A DNA stretch of 64,000 nt from an uncultured bacterium (GTDB taxonomy: Bacteria; Methylomirabilota; Methylomirabilia; Rokubacteriales; DASRDR01), in the NCBI GenBank assembly GCA_964463175.1, contig CAYXBJ010000092.1, positions 70,931 through 134,930 of the forward strand. Direction: 5' to 3'. How positions within the stretch are numbered: position 1 is the stretch's first letter; every line of letters starts with the position of its first letter. Under the pieces are notes generated by a model. The model saw only the letters and a list, made by a program, of their open reading frames with translations, was not told the origin of the DNA and ran no database searches. Shown piece after piece: positions 49,406 through 58,599 of this stretch. A program made the translations under genes and the position numbers.

Positions 49406-52042
49406 TTACGTCGGCCCGAGGCCGAAATCGGTCATCAGGACTCCGTGCCAGCGCTGCGGCTGCCCGACGGTCACGGTCGCGGCGGTGGGTCCGAGCGCCT
49501 CGGCCGCCGTCGCCGGCGGCGCGCCCTTCACGCCCACGAACGCGTGGGACTCGTGAAACCGCCCGCGGAGGTCCCCGCCCACGCCGAGGTCCCGGAGCGC
49601 GGCGATCGCCTCGGCGCTCAGCCGGCCTGAGGCCTCGTCCTTTACCGCACCCGCCACGATCGTGCCGGGCGGCAGCGCGCCGACCCAGGTCGCCAGCTCG
49701 TGGGCCGCCTCGGGCTTGAAGAACGTGTCGAAGAAGACCGTGGCGATGGGCGTCCCGTCTGGATTGAGCGCGACCAGGTTGTACCCCCGACGATTGCGCG
49801 CCATCTCGACGCCGTCGAGCTGGATGGAGGCCACGTCTCCGTACGGCTGCCCGCCGCTCCGGATCGCGAGATCCCGGGGGCTCGCCGTACCGGTCTGCCC
49901 GATGTGATAGCGCGCGTCGCTGACCGACGGGTCCGCCCGGTAGCGATAGCGATGGGTCAGGACGATCTCGTTGGGCATCACCGGCACGAACGGCGAGGAC
50001 AGGGTGGCCGTGGCCGTGGCGTCCTCGTTCACCGGGATCCGCTGGATGAGGCGCCCGTTGAGCTCGAGGTCGACCCACTGATCCAGCGTCGGATCCCGGT
50101 CGATCGGCCGCAGAGCCACTCGCAGGCGCGGGTGCTCGCGAAGGAAGCCGTACGAGACCAGGCGCCATAGCCGCGTGCCCTCCTCCGGCAGCGGCTCGAT
50201 CTGGTACAGGTCGACGTCCCCCACCACGCCACGGAACCGGAGGAGCGCCGGCGCCTCTTGGCGGAGGGCCTCCCAGGTCGGCCGTGTGTCCTTCGGCAGC
50301 TCGGCGCGGCGGACGACGAGGTACCGGAGGGGATAGATCTGGCGGAGCGCGGTCTGGGCTTCGGGCGTCGGGTACGGCGGCCCCGGCGAGGCGAGCCGCT
50401 GGCCCAGCTTCAGGGTGAAGCCCGGCACGAATCCGGCCCACGCGTTGACCACGCGGTGCCCATGGAAGACCGACCGCAGCATCGCGTCGCCGTCGCTCGG
50501 CGGGTGCATCGGCCACTCGAGGACCGCCACATCGTCGGGGTCGGTGCGGAGCACGGTGTCGACGGGACGCGGGACCACCCGCACCATCTCGAGCGACAGC
50601 GGGAAGCGCGCGTACTCCACCAGGAGGAGCGCGACGATGCCGACCGTCACCGTCCGCGCCATCCGCGGGGGGACGCGGGCGAGCAGCCACGCCACGCCGA
50701 ACCCGGCCAGGAGGGCCACCGCGAAGGCCGCCAGGAGTCCGAAGCGGCTCGTGGTCCGGATCACGTGAAGCGGGAAGACGTAGGGATAGAGCCAGGTGTA
50801 GAAGCCGTCCCCGCGCAGATGATTGTGCACGTGGACGACCGGCCCCAGAGACAGGAAGAAGGCGAAGCCGGCGACGACGAGCAGCAGGCCGACCCAGTCC
50901 CGCTCGGACAGCCGCCGATCGGCGAGACCGTCCCGCCGTCGCTGCCATCCCTCGCAGCCCTCGCGGGCCAGCGCCAGCAACAGCACGGCGGCGCCCGCGG
51001 CGGAGAAGGCGCTCGGCCCGAGGAGGAGGCGCGGCCCGGCCACGGCCGCCAGGATGACCACACCAACGCCGGCCAGCACCGCGGCGGCCAGCAGACGCGC
51101 CGGGCGGCTGCGCGGGCCGGGCCGCCGCAGCCAGCAGATGCTCAGGGCGGCGAGAATCAACGCGACCACGCCCACGAACAGCGACGTCTCGCCGGACCCG
51201 ATGTCGACCAGGTGCCCGAACCAGCTCCCCTCCGTGCGCAGGTACGTGAAGAGGTCGGCGTAGCGGGTGACGTCGACGTCCTTGGCCGCACGCTCGAAGC
51301 CGACGTCGTGATGGGTGACCAGGTAGGGCCACGCGATCGGCGCCATCGCTACCGCGAGCGCCGCGCCGCCGAGCGCGGCGGCCGCGATCGTCCGGCCGCG
51401 CCAGCCGGTCCAGCGAAGGGCCACGTACTGGAGCCCGACCACCACCAGGCCCAGCCCCAGGATGACGGTCACGTACCAGACCGAGATCGCCTGGAGCCAG
51501 AAGACCGCCAGGAACGCCGCCAGGTACCGCACCCGCTGGCTCTCCAGGAACCGGATCAGGGTGTAGATGCCGAGCGGTATCCCGAAGGTGAGCTCCATCT
51601 GGAACTCGCCCGCGTACTGCATCCGGGGGAGCGAGAGGGTGAAGATCAGCGCCGCGACCAGGCCGGCGACGTGCCGGCGCGTCAGCCAGAAGGCGACCGC
51701 GTACGTCGCCCACCCGGAGAGCGCCCACAGCAGCACCAGCGCGATCTTGTGGGCCAGGACCGGGTTGCGGGTCAGCGCGAACACCGGCCCCGCGATGAGG
51801 GCCGGCATCACGAGCGGCTCGGTGAAGGTCAGCGTGTTGCCGAGCGGATAGATGGCGTTTCCCTGGAGGAGCGCAGCCGGCTGGGCGAAGAGATTGTGGA
51901 ACACGGCCAGCATGATCCACGTCATCGTGTGGGCATCCGGATTGTCCGGCAGCTCGACGGGGCTCCGCATGAGCGGCCAGCTGTAGAGGACAACCAGGAC
52001 GACGAAGAGCAGGAAGACGCCGAGGTGCGCGCGGAGCCTCAT
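49406..52042 (-). CDS. large polytopic membrane protein (GT-C-like?) with C-terminal ILEI/FAM3 (PANDER-like) domain
   Basis: Real start MRLRAHLGVF at 52042, overlapping the epimerase stop (ATGA). The upstream 260 aa of the 1138-aa track ORF are artefact. About 14 TM helices. C-terminal GYNLVALNPDGTPIATVFFDTF...GTIVAGAVKDEASGRLSAEAIAALRDLG...HAFVGVKG aligns with the FAM3/ILEI core (GINVALVN..G..LDTKYFD...GTIV..TYDD.ATKLNDEARRLIADLG...F.GGKG). Confidence 0.6.
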   Translation of the reverse strand: MRLRAHLGVFLLFVVLVVLYSWPLMRSPVELPDNPDAHTMTWIMLAVFHNLFAQPAALLQGNAIYPLGNTLTFTEPLVMPALIAGPVFALTRNPVLAHKIALVLLWALSGWATYAVAFWLTRRHVAGLVAALIFTLSLPRMQYAGEFQMELTFGIPLGIYTLIRFLESQRVRYLAAFLAVFWLQAISVWYVTVILGLGLVVVGLQYVALRWTGWRGRTIAAAALGGAALAVAMAPIAWPYLVTHHDVGFERAAKDVDVTRYADLFTYLRTEGSWFGHLVDIGSGETSLFVGVVALILAALSICWLRRPGPRSRPARLLAAAVLAGVGVVILAAVAGPRLLLGPSAFSAAGAAVLLLALAREGCEGWQRRRDGLADRRLSERDWVGLLLVVAGFAFFLSLGPVVHVHNHLRGDGFYTWLYPYVFPLHVIRTTSRFGLLAAFAVALLAGFGVAWLLARVPPRMARTVTVGIVALLLVEYARFPLSLEMVRVVPRPVDTVLRTDPDDVAVLEWPMHPPSDGDAMLRSVFHGHRVVNAWAGFVPGFTLKLGQRLASPGPPYPTPEAQTALRQIYPLRYLVVRRAELPKDTRPTWEALRQEAPALLRFRGVVGDVDLYQIEPLPEEGTRLWRLVSYGFLREHPRLRVALRPIDRDPTLDQWVDLELNGRLIQRIPVNEDATATATLSSPFVPVMPNEIVLTHRYRYRADPSVSDARYHIGQTGTASPRDLAIRSGGQPYGDVASIQLDGVEMARNRRGYNLVALNPDGTPIATVFFDTFFKPEAAHELATWVGALPPGTIVAGAVKDEASGRLSAEAIAALRDLGVGGDLRGRFHESHAFVGVKGAPPATAAEALGPTAATVTVGQPQRWHGVLMTDFGLGPT

Positions 52043-53004
52043 CGCCCGCCGGTGGGAATCGCGCCGGAAGTCCGGCGCGCGCCGGCCCGCGAGGGGCTGG
52101 GCCCGGCCACGGGCCGCGGCACCCGGGCCAGGCCCTCGCGAAAGCCCACCGGCCGGTACCCGAGATCGGCGCGCGCCTCGGACCAGTCGGGCAGGGCGTC
52201 CTGCGTCAGTCCCGCGATCACGTGCGCGGTGAACGGCGCCCGCCGCGTGACCGCGCCCATCGCCGCGGCCGCCGCCCGGCAGAGCCAGACCGGCAGGGGA
52301 ACGAAGGGCTTGTGGATCCCCTCGTGCTCGAGCGCAAGCCGTCCCATCTGCCAGAGCGTGATCGGCTCGCCGCCGCAGAACGGATAGATCTTGCCGTAGG
52401 CCTTCGGATTCCCGGGAATGGCCAGGAACCCCCGCATCAAGTCGTCCACGTGCACCGGGTTCTTCCGCGCCCGGCCGTGTCCGACGAAGATCCCGACCGG
52501 CCACCGCTTCAGGAACTCCACGAACGTCCGGTATTCCTCGCCGCCGTTCTCGTTGTACGCGAGGGTCGGGCGCACGATCGTCCAGCGCATGGCCGTCTGC
52601 TCGCGCACGATGCGCTCCGCCTCGCGCTTGGACGCGTTGTAAGGCGTCGTCCACGGATACGTGACGGAGATGGACGAGCAGAGGATGAAGTGCGTGACCC
52701 CGGCCGCGATCGACGCGTCCACCAGGTTGCGCGTGCCGTCGGCATTCACGCGCTGGAATACATCGGCACGGTCGTTCAGCAGCACGGCCGCCAGGTGGAA
52801 CACGGTCTGAACGCCCTGGCACACGCTCGGGAGGCTCGGGGCGTCCGTCACGCTGCCGTAGACGATCTCGCAGTCGAGGCCGGCCAGGCGCGAGATGTAC
52901 GGGTCGCCCGGCAGGGTCAGCACGCGGACGCGGTGCCCGGCCCTCACCAGGCCGTGCACCAGGCGGGAGCCGATCACACCTGCGCCACCGGTTACCAGAA
53001 TCAT
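52039..53004 (-). CDS. NAD-dependent epimerase/dehydratase family protein (SDR)
   Basis: 321 aa. Rossmann motif ILVTGGAGVIGSRL and catalytic YxxxK (YNASK). Confidence 0.85.
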   Translation of the reverse strand: MILVTGGAGVIGSRLVHGLVRAGHRVRVLTLPGDPYISRLAGLDCEIVYGSVTDAPSLPSVCQGVQTVFHLAAVLLNDRADVFQRVNADGTRNLVDASIAAGVTHFILCSSISVTYPWTTPYNASKREAERIVREQTAMRWTIVRPTLAYNENGGEEYRTFVEFLKRWPVGIFVGHGRARKNPVHVDDLMRGFLAIPGNPKAYGKIYPFCGGEPITLWQMGRLALEHEGIHKPFVPLPVWLCRAAAAAMGAVTRRAPFTAHVIAGLTQDALPDWSEARADLGYRPVGFREGLARVPRPVAGPSPSRAGARRTSGAIPTGGR

Positions 53005-53032
53005 GGGCGTCGCTTCCTTCTCGGCGTCCCGC

Positions 53033-54925
53033 TCACCAGAGCTGCTGCTTCTCGAGAAACACCATGCACCACAGCTCGAGGATGACGAGGGACAGCACCT
53101 GCTTGAGGTAGAGGAACTCCCCGCTCGCCATCTGCGCCACCAGTGCGGCCACGGCGTCGGGGTCGAACCAGCCGCGGCGGCGGACGCGCGCGGGATCCAG
53201 AGTCAGGCGAATCAGCTCGCGGATCTCGGAGTGCTCGTGGAAGTACTCGAGCGGCAGGTAAAAGGGGTTCTTGCTGCGCCGCACGTTGTCCGCCGGAAGC
53301 CACTTGCGTCCGAGCTCGCGCTCGATCCACTTGTCGCGCAGCCCGCGCACCTTGTCGCGGGTCGGCAGGCGGAAGGCCTGCTCGATCAGGCGGTGATCGA
53401 GGAACGGACAGCGGAGCTCCAGGGAGAACGCCATCGTGTTCTTGTCCTGGCGCAGCAGCAGGTTGTCCTGGAGCCAGTCGTCGTACTGCAGGCGCAGGAG
53501 CCGGTCGAGGAACGGGCCGCCGCCGCGCGGGCGGTGCAGCCAGCTCCACCCCGCCTGGGCACGGAGCGCCGGCGCGTACAGGCGGGCGCGCTCCCCGGGA
53601 TCGAACAGCGCGCGCAGCGTCACGTAGCTCTGGGCCAGATCGCGGTCGTAGTAGCCGCGCAGGTAGTCCACGGTCTTGGCCTTGCCGCGCTCGCCCAGGT
53701 AGGCGGGGTAGACGAAGAACCGGTCGAGCAGGCCCACCGGCGCCGCCTGGAGCAGGGCGGCGGCGCCGCGGTTGAGCGCGCGCGGCACGAGGCGCCGGTA
53801 GCGTTCCGTCCACAGGATGACCTTGTGGAAGGAGTAGCCGGCGTAGCTCTCGTCCGCGCCCTCGCCGGAGAGGACGACCTTCACGTGGCTGGAGGTCTCC
53901 CGGGCCAGCTGCCAGTAGGCAAGGACCAGGGCGTCGCCGATGGGGCGCTCCAGGTGGTAGATCGCCCGCGGCAGCTCCGCGAAGTGCTTCGGCTCGAGGT
54001 AAATCTCGTGGTGCTCCGTACCCAGGCGCTCGGCGAGAGCGGACGCCTCGCCCGTCTCGTCGATCGGCGAGCGGAAGCCGATCGAGAAGGTCTGGAGCTT
54101 CGGGGTGAAGCGCCGGGCGGCCGCCACGACCAGGCTCGAGTCGATGCCGCCCGAGAGGTACGCGCCGACCGGGACGTCGCTGCGCAGCGCGATGCGCACG
54201 GCATCCAGGAAGATATGCTCGAAGGCCTCGAGGTTCTCGCCGTCGCTCCGCCACGGCCCGTCGCAGACGGGCACGTCCCAGTAGCGACGGACGTCGAGCG
54301 CGCCGGCCCGAAACCGCAGGCAGTGGCCGGCGGGCAGCACGTGGACGCCGGCCAGGAGCGTCTCCGGCTGCGGGACGTAGCGGAGCGCCAGGTAGCCGTC
54401 CAGCGCCGGGAGGTTGGGCCGCCGCGCGACCTCGTCCGACTCGAGGAGCGCCTTGATCTCCGAAGCGAAGACCAGCCGGCCGCTGGCGTGATGATAGTAG
54501 AGCGGCTTCTGGCCGGCGCGGTCGCGCGCGAGGAACAGCTCCTCGCGGCGACGGTCGAGGATCGCGAAGGCGAACATCCCGTTCAGCCGCTCCAGGCAAT
54601 CCGGGCCCCACGCCTGGTACGCGTGGACGATCACCTCGGTGTCGGAGCGGGTGCGCAAGCGGTGGCCGCGGCTCTCGAGCTCGTCGCGCAGCTCGACGTA
54701 GTTGTAGATCTCGCCGTTGGAGATCACGGCCAGCGACTCGTCCTCGTTGAAGATGGGCTGCCCGCCGCCCTCGAGATCGATGATGGAGAGCCGGCGCATG
54801 CCAATCGAGACCCGGCCCTCGTGGAAGTACCCCTCGCCGTCCGGGCCGCGATGGCGCAGCACGGCGCCCATGCGGCGGAGGAGATCGGGCTGCTCGAATC
54901 CGGCGAATCCGAAGATCCCGCACAT
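53033..54925 (-). CDS. asnB: asparagine synthase (glutamine-hydrolysing) family amidotransferase
   Basis: 630 aa. N-terminal nucleophile MCGIFG and PP-loop SGGIDSS. In a glycan locus it may amidate a sugar acid rather than make Asn. Confidence 0.9.
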   Translation of the reverse strand: MCGIFGFAGFEQPDLLRRMGAVLRHRGPDGEGYFHEGRVSIGMRRLSIIDLEGGGQPIFNEDESLAVISNGEIYNYVELRDELESRGHRLRTRSDTEVIVHAYQAWGPDCLERLNGMFAFAILDRRREELFLARDRAGQKPLYYHHASGRLVFASEIKALLESDEVARRPNLPALDGYLALRYVPQPETLLAGVHVLPAGHCLRFRAGALDVRRYWDVPVCDGPWRSDGENLEAFEHIFLDAVRIALRSDVPVGAYLSGGIDSSLVVAAARRFTPKLQTFSIGFRSPIDETGEASALAERLGTEHHEIYLEPKHFAELPRAIYHLERPIGDALVLAYWQLARETSSHVKVVLSGEGADESYAGYSFHKVILWTERYRRLVPRALNRGAAALLQAAPVGLLDRFFVYPAYLGERGKAKTVDYLRGYYDRDLAQSYVTLRALFDPGERARLYAPALRAQAGWSWLHRPRGGGPFLDRLLRLQYDDWLQDNLLLRQDKNTMAFSLELRCPFLDHRLIEQAFRLPTRDKVRGLRDKWIERELGRKWLPADNVRRSKNPFYLPLEYFHEHSEIRELIRLTLDPARVRRRGWFDPDAVAALVAQMASGEFLYLKQVLSLVILELWCMVFLEKQQLW

Positions 54926-55170
54926 CGCGGCGCGCCCAGTCCCCCGAGATAGGTGGCTCGGCAGCCGTGACTGCCGGTCCCCGAGGGTGCGCGCGGGCCC
55001 GTCTCGGCGTCAAGAAGTCGGGCCTAACCAGGTACGATCCAGGAAAAACCCGAATGGGGTGAAAATGGCCGCACAGTCCGTGTCGGCGATGCCCTGCCGT
55101 TCGTGCCCCGAGTCGCCGTCTGGCCCGGGCGCCGCGCCGACGTTCCTCAGAACAGGGGGGCCGCGAGCGC

Positions 55171-56289
55171 GTGCGCATCCTCTACTGGTCCCCGGTCTTC
55201 TGGCCGCAGATCGGCGGGGTCGAGGTAATTGCCGCGCAATTCATCCCGGCCATGCAAGCCCGCGGTCACGAGTTCACCGTGATCGCGGGACTCGGCAGCC
55301 TGGAAGCGCCCTCCGTGACGTGGTATCGCGGGGCGGCCGTGCACCGGCTGCCGATCTGGACGGCAATTGCGGCCCGGGACCTCGCGCAGATCGCCACCGT
55401 ACAGCGCGCCGTCGCGGCCATCAAGCGCGAGCTCTCGCCCGAGGTGATCCATCTGAACTACTACCCCCCGAGCGTCTTCTTCCACACGAGAACGGCGCGG
55501 ATCGCACCGGCTCCCCTGCTGCTGGCGCTTCGCGGCGCGCCGCCGGGCGAGGCCGCCGCCGGGGATACACTCGTGCACCGCGCGTTCGACGCGGCCGCCT
55601 GGACCACGGCCGTGTCGCGATCGGTCCTCGACGCCGCCCGCCAGGCCGCGCCGCGGATTGGCGGTCGATCCTCCGTGATCTACAATGGCCTGCCGATGCC
55701 GCCCGACACGCCGCGAGCCCTCCCGATGGATCCGCCCCGTCTCCTCTGCCTCGGGCGCCTGGTCCGGGAAAAGGGCTTCGACCTCGCGGTGGCCGCCTTC
55801 GGTCAGCTCGCGGAGCGCTTTCCGCGGCTCGCGCTGGTGATCGCCGGCGATGGGCCGGAGCGAGCCGGACTCGCCCGGCAAGTAGCCGGGCTCGGGCTCG
55901 CCCATCGTGTCACCTTCTCGGGATGGGTCGCCCCGAATGAGGTCCCCTCGCTCATCAACACGACGACGATCGTGCTCGTGCCGTCCCGCTGGGAAGGACT
56001 GCCGGGCGTCGCAATCCAGGCCGGGCAGCTCGCGCGACCCGTGGTCGGCGCGCGAATCTGGGGCCTCCCCGAGATCGTCCTCGACGGCCAGACCGGTCTT
56101 CTGACGGATCCCGACGACTACGTGGGACTGGCCGCCGCGATCGCGACCTTGCTCGATCAGCCGTCGCTGGCGGCGCGCATGGGTCAGGCCGCTCGCCGAC
56201 GGGTCGAGGGGCTCTTCGGATGGGACCGCTATCTCGATGCCTACGACGCGCTGTATCGCTCTCTCGGCCAGGAGGCACGCGCATGCTGA
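55171..56289 (+). CDS. glycosyltransferase family 4 (GT-B, group 1)
   Basis: 372 aa. N-terminal (M/V)RILYWSPVFWPQIGGVE. C-terminal EGLP.....A...G.PVV motif (WEGLPGVAIQAGQLARPVVGARIWGLPE). Confidence 0.85.
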   Translation: MRILYWSPVFWPQIGGVEVIAAQFIPAMQARGHEFTVIAGLGSLEAPSVTWYRGAAVHRLPIWTAIAARDLAQIATVQRAVAAIKRELSPEVIHLNYYPPSVFFHTRTARIAPAPLLLALRGAPPGEAAAGDTLVHRAFDAAAWTTAVSRSVLDAARQAAPRIGGRSSVIYNGLPMPPDTPRALPMDPPRLLCLGRLVREKGFDLAVAAFGQLAERFPRLALVIAGDGPERAGLARQVAGLGLAHRVTFSGWVAPNEVPSLINTTTIVLVPSRWEGLPGVAIQAGQLARPVVGARIWGLPEIVLDGQTGLLTDPDDYVGLAAAIATLLDQPSLAARMGQAARRRVEGLFGWDRYLDAYDALYRSLGQEARAC

Positions 56290-56756
56290 GCGGAGACGCC
56301 CGGTTTCGCCCCAATGTCGAGGAGGTCGCCGCGGACATCCTCGACGGCGAAGCCATCATGATCAACCTCTCGACGGGCATGTACTACAGCATGGACCCGG
56401 CCGGCACGGCGGTCTGGTCGCTCCTCGCCGCAGGACGCAGCGTCGAGGAGATCGGCACTGCGCTGACCCGACGCTTCGACGTGGCCCGCGAGCAGGCCGA
56501 CGCCGATGTCCGGCTACTCCTGGCGAAGCTCGTCGAGGAGAATCTGGTCCGACCGGCCGATCGGGAGCCCTCGGGCTCGGCCGATCCCGACACGCGGGAG
56601 CCTGCTGGTGAGCCGAAGCGCCCCTACACCGCACCCCAGCTGGAGATCTACCGGGATGTCGGCCACCTGGTCGCCCTCGACCCGCCCATGCCCGGCCTGA
56701 AGGACCTTCCCTGGCAGGAGCCCGGCGACGATCCGTTCCCGCGTCGGCCTGCCTGA
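56283..56756 (+). CDS. PqqD-family protein (RiPP recognition element-like) with Pro/acidic C-terminal extension
   Basis: ATG overlaps the GT4 stop (ATGCTGA). Residues 10-95 (VEEVAADILDGEAIMINLSTGMYYSMDPAGTAVWSLLAAGRSVEEIGTALTRRFDV...VRLLLAKLVEENLV) fit the PqqD/RRE winged-helix pattern. Followed by a ~60-aa extension. Confidence 0.75.
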   Translation: MLSGDARFRPNVEEVAADILDGEAIMINLSTGMYYSMDPAGTAVWSLLAAGRSVEEIGTALTRRFDVAREQADADVRLLLAKLVEENLVRPADREPSGSADPDTREPAGEPKRPYTAPQLEIYRDVGHLVALDPPMPGLKDLPWQEPGDDPFPRRPA

Positions 56757-56826
56757 CACGCGCCCGGGCCCCTCCGCTCGGATCGCCGCCGGCGTCCCGT
56801 CGCGCGATCACGCCGCGCTCGGCGCG

Positions 56827-57849
56827 GTGCGCGCCGCGTTCGACCAGGCGCGTCGCGCACATCCGGCGGCGCTTCACGAGACCTTCTACCGGTTCGGGGG
56901 GCAGCTGGTCCGACTGCGGGCCGTCGGACCGGCGCTGGCCGCGGCCGTCGACCGCCCGTTCGCCCACTTGGCCGCGGCCGGCGACAACCTCGTGCCGCGG
57001 CTGACGATCGACCTCTGGGACGGGGCCGCGACTGCAGTGCCTCCTCCGCCAGACGGCCCCGCGGCGGAGCGCGCCTGGAGAGTTGCGGGCGGGGCCGCCA
57101 CGACCTTCGCGCGCGGTCGGGTCTTTCGCTACCAACATGGGGCCGGGGTGACCTGGCTGGATCGGCACAGCCGGCACATGGTCGGATGGCGGGCCGCGGC
57201 GACGAGCCTTCCCATCCACGAGCGCTCCAAGCCCTTGCCGCTGCTGCTCTCGATTTGGTACCACGATCGCGACATCCACGTGGTCCACGCGGCGCTGGTC
57301 GCGCGGGACGGGCAGGGCCTCCTCATCGGAGGGCGCAGCGGCAGTGGCAAAACGACCGCCGCCCTCGCCGCGCTCCTCGGCGGCTTCGACTATCTGGGGG
57401 ACGACCAGTCGGGCCTGGAGGTCCGTCCCGACGGTTCGTTCATCGGCCACAGCCTCTTCAGCGGCGCGCGGATCACGACCGACCATCTCGAGCGCTTCCC
57501 CGGACTGCGGCCGTACGCGATCTCGGGCGATGCGCGGCCGGACAAGGCGCTCCTGTTCATCCCCGAGATCCGGCCGGACCGGTGCGCGGCGCACGCGGCC
57601 ATCCGGGCGATCGCCGTGCCGACGCTCGGAAACGGCCCCCGCACCGAGGTCCGGCACGCTCGCAAGAGCGAGGCCCTGTGCCGGCTGGCCCCGACCTCCC
57701 TGTTCACGCCGTTCGGCCCCGGGGCCGGCGGCTTCGGCGCGCTCTCGCGGCTGGTCGACGCGGTGCCGAGTTACTGGCTCGAGCTCGGCACCGACCCCAG
57801 CGACATAGCCCGGGCGATAGCCGCGATCCTCGGGGGGGCCCGGACGTGA
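56827..57849 (+). CDS. HprK-related P-loop kinase
   Basis: 340 aa. Walker A GGRSGSGKTT embedded in an HPr kinase C-terminal-domain-like context (LLIGGRSGSGKTTAALA...GDDQ). Stop overlaps the GT2 start (GTGA). Confidence 0.7.
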   Translation: MRAAFDQARRAHPAALHETFYRFGGQLVRLRAVGPALAAAVDRPFAHLAAAGDNLVPRLTIDLWDGAATAVPPPPDGPAAERAWRVAGGAATTFARGRVFRYQHGAGVTWLDRHSRHMVGWRAAATSLPIHERSKPLPLLLSIWYHDRDIHVVHAALVARDGQGLLIGGRSGSGKTTAALAALLGGFDYLGDDQSGLEVRPDGSFIGHSLFSGARITTDHLERFPGLRPYAISGDARPDKALLFIPEIRPDRCAAHAAIRAIAVPTLGNGPRTEVRHARKSEALCRLAPTSLFTPFGPGAGGFGALSRLVDAVPSYWLELGTDPSDIARAIAAILGGART

Positions 57850-58574
57850 CCCCGGCGCCCCTGGTGAGCTGCGTGATCCCGGTCTTCAACGGCGAGCGAT
57901 TCCTGCGCGACGCCATCGGGAGCGTCCTGGCCCAGACGTACCCGGCGGTGGAACTCCTGGTCGTGGACGACGGCTCGACGGACGGCACCCGCACCGCGGT
58001 CGCGTCGTTCGGAGCCCGCGTGCGCTACCTGTGGCAACTCAATGCCGGGCCGGCACCGGCGCGCAACGCTGGCATCGCTGCCGCCACCGGCGCGTTCGTC
58101 TCCTTCATCGACTCCGACGACTGCTGGGAGCCGGAAAAGCTCGCGCGCCAGATCGCGCGGTTCCAGGCCCGTCCCGAGCTCGATCTCTGCGTCACGCACA
58201 TCCAGAACTTCTGGATGCCCGAGGTCGCGGACGAGGAGCGGCGACTGGCGGGGAGCCGGCAGGCTGGGCCACTGCCGGGCTACTCGAGCGTCACTCTCGT
58301 CGCCCGCCGCGCGCTCTTCGAGGCGATCGGCGCGTTCGACGTCACCCTCAAGCACGGCGACGACACGGACTGGTTCGCGCGGGCCGAGCGGCACGGCGCG
58401 GTCTCCGAGCTGCTCCCCGACGTGCTCGTGCGCCGGCGGCTCCACGCGAACAACCGCAGCCGGCAGTGGGCGGGGCGCAGTCGCGCCGAGTACCTCGCGC
58501 TCCTGCGCACGCTCGTGGGCCAGCGCCACCCCGCGCAGAGTCCGGCCGCCGCGCCCCGCTCGGAGCCCGTGTAG
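57846..58574 (+). CDS. glycosyltransferase family 2
   Basis: 242 aa. VSCVIPVFNGERFL, DDGSTDGT and FIDSDD (DxD) motifs. Confidence 0.85.
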   Translation: MTPAPLVSCVIPVFNGERFLRDAIGSVLAQTYPAVELLVVDDGSTDGTRTAVASFGARVRYLWQLNAGPAPARNAGIAAATGAFVSFIDSDDCWEPEKLARQIARFQARPELDLCVTHIQNFWMPEVADEERRLAGSRQAGPLPGYSSVTLVARRALFEAIGAFDVTLKHGDDTDWFARAERHGAVSELLPDVLVRRRLHANNRSRQWAGRSRAEYLALLRTLVGQRHPAQSPAAAPRSEPV

Positions 58575-58599
58575 TCCCCGTCGTTCGCCGCCATTCGGG

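Noticed and set aside
49203-55178. Several 700-900-aa ORFs (49203..51920 -, 50258..52387 +, 53001..55178 -) overlapping the ILEI-membrane-protein, epimerase and asnB genes
   Set aside because: Extreme Arg/Gly/Pro/Asp composition, and they overlap genes with clear family signatures. GC-driven artefacts.
56220-56283. Longer N-terminus for the PqqD-like protein starting at 56220 inside the GT4 gene
   Set aside because: The extra 21 aa (MGPLSRCLRRAVSLSRPGGTR) are an Arg-rich out-of-frame overlap with the GT4 C-terminus. The ATG at 56283 gives a tidy ATGCTGA stop/start coupling.
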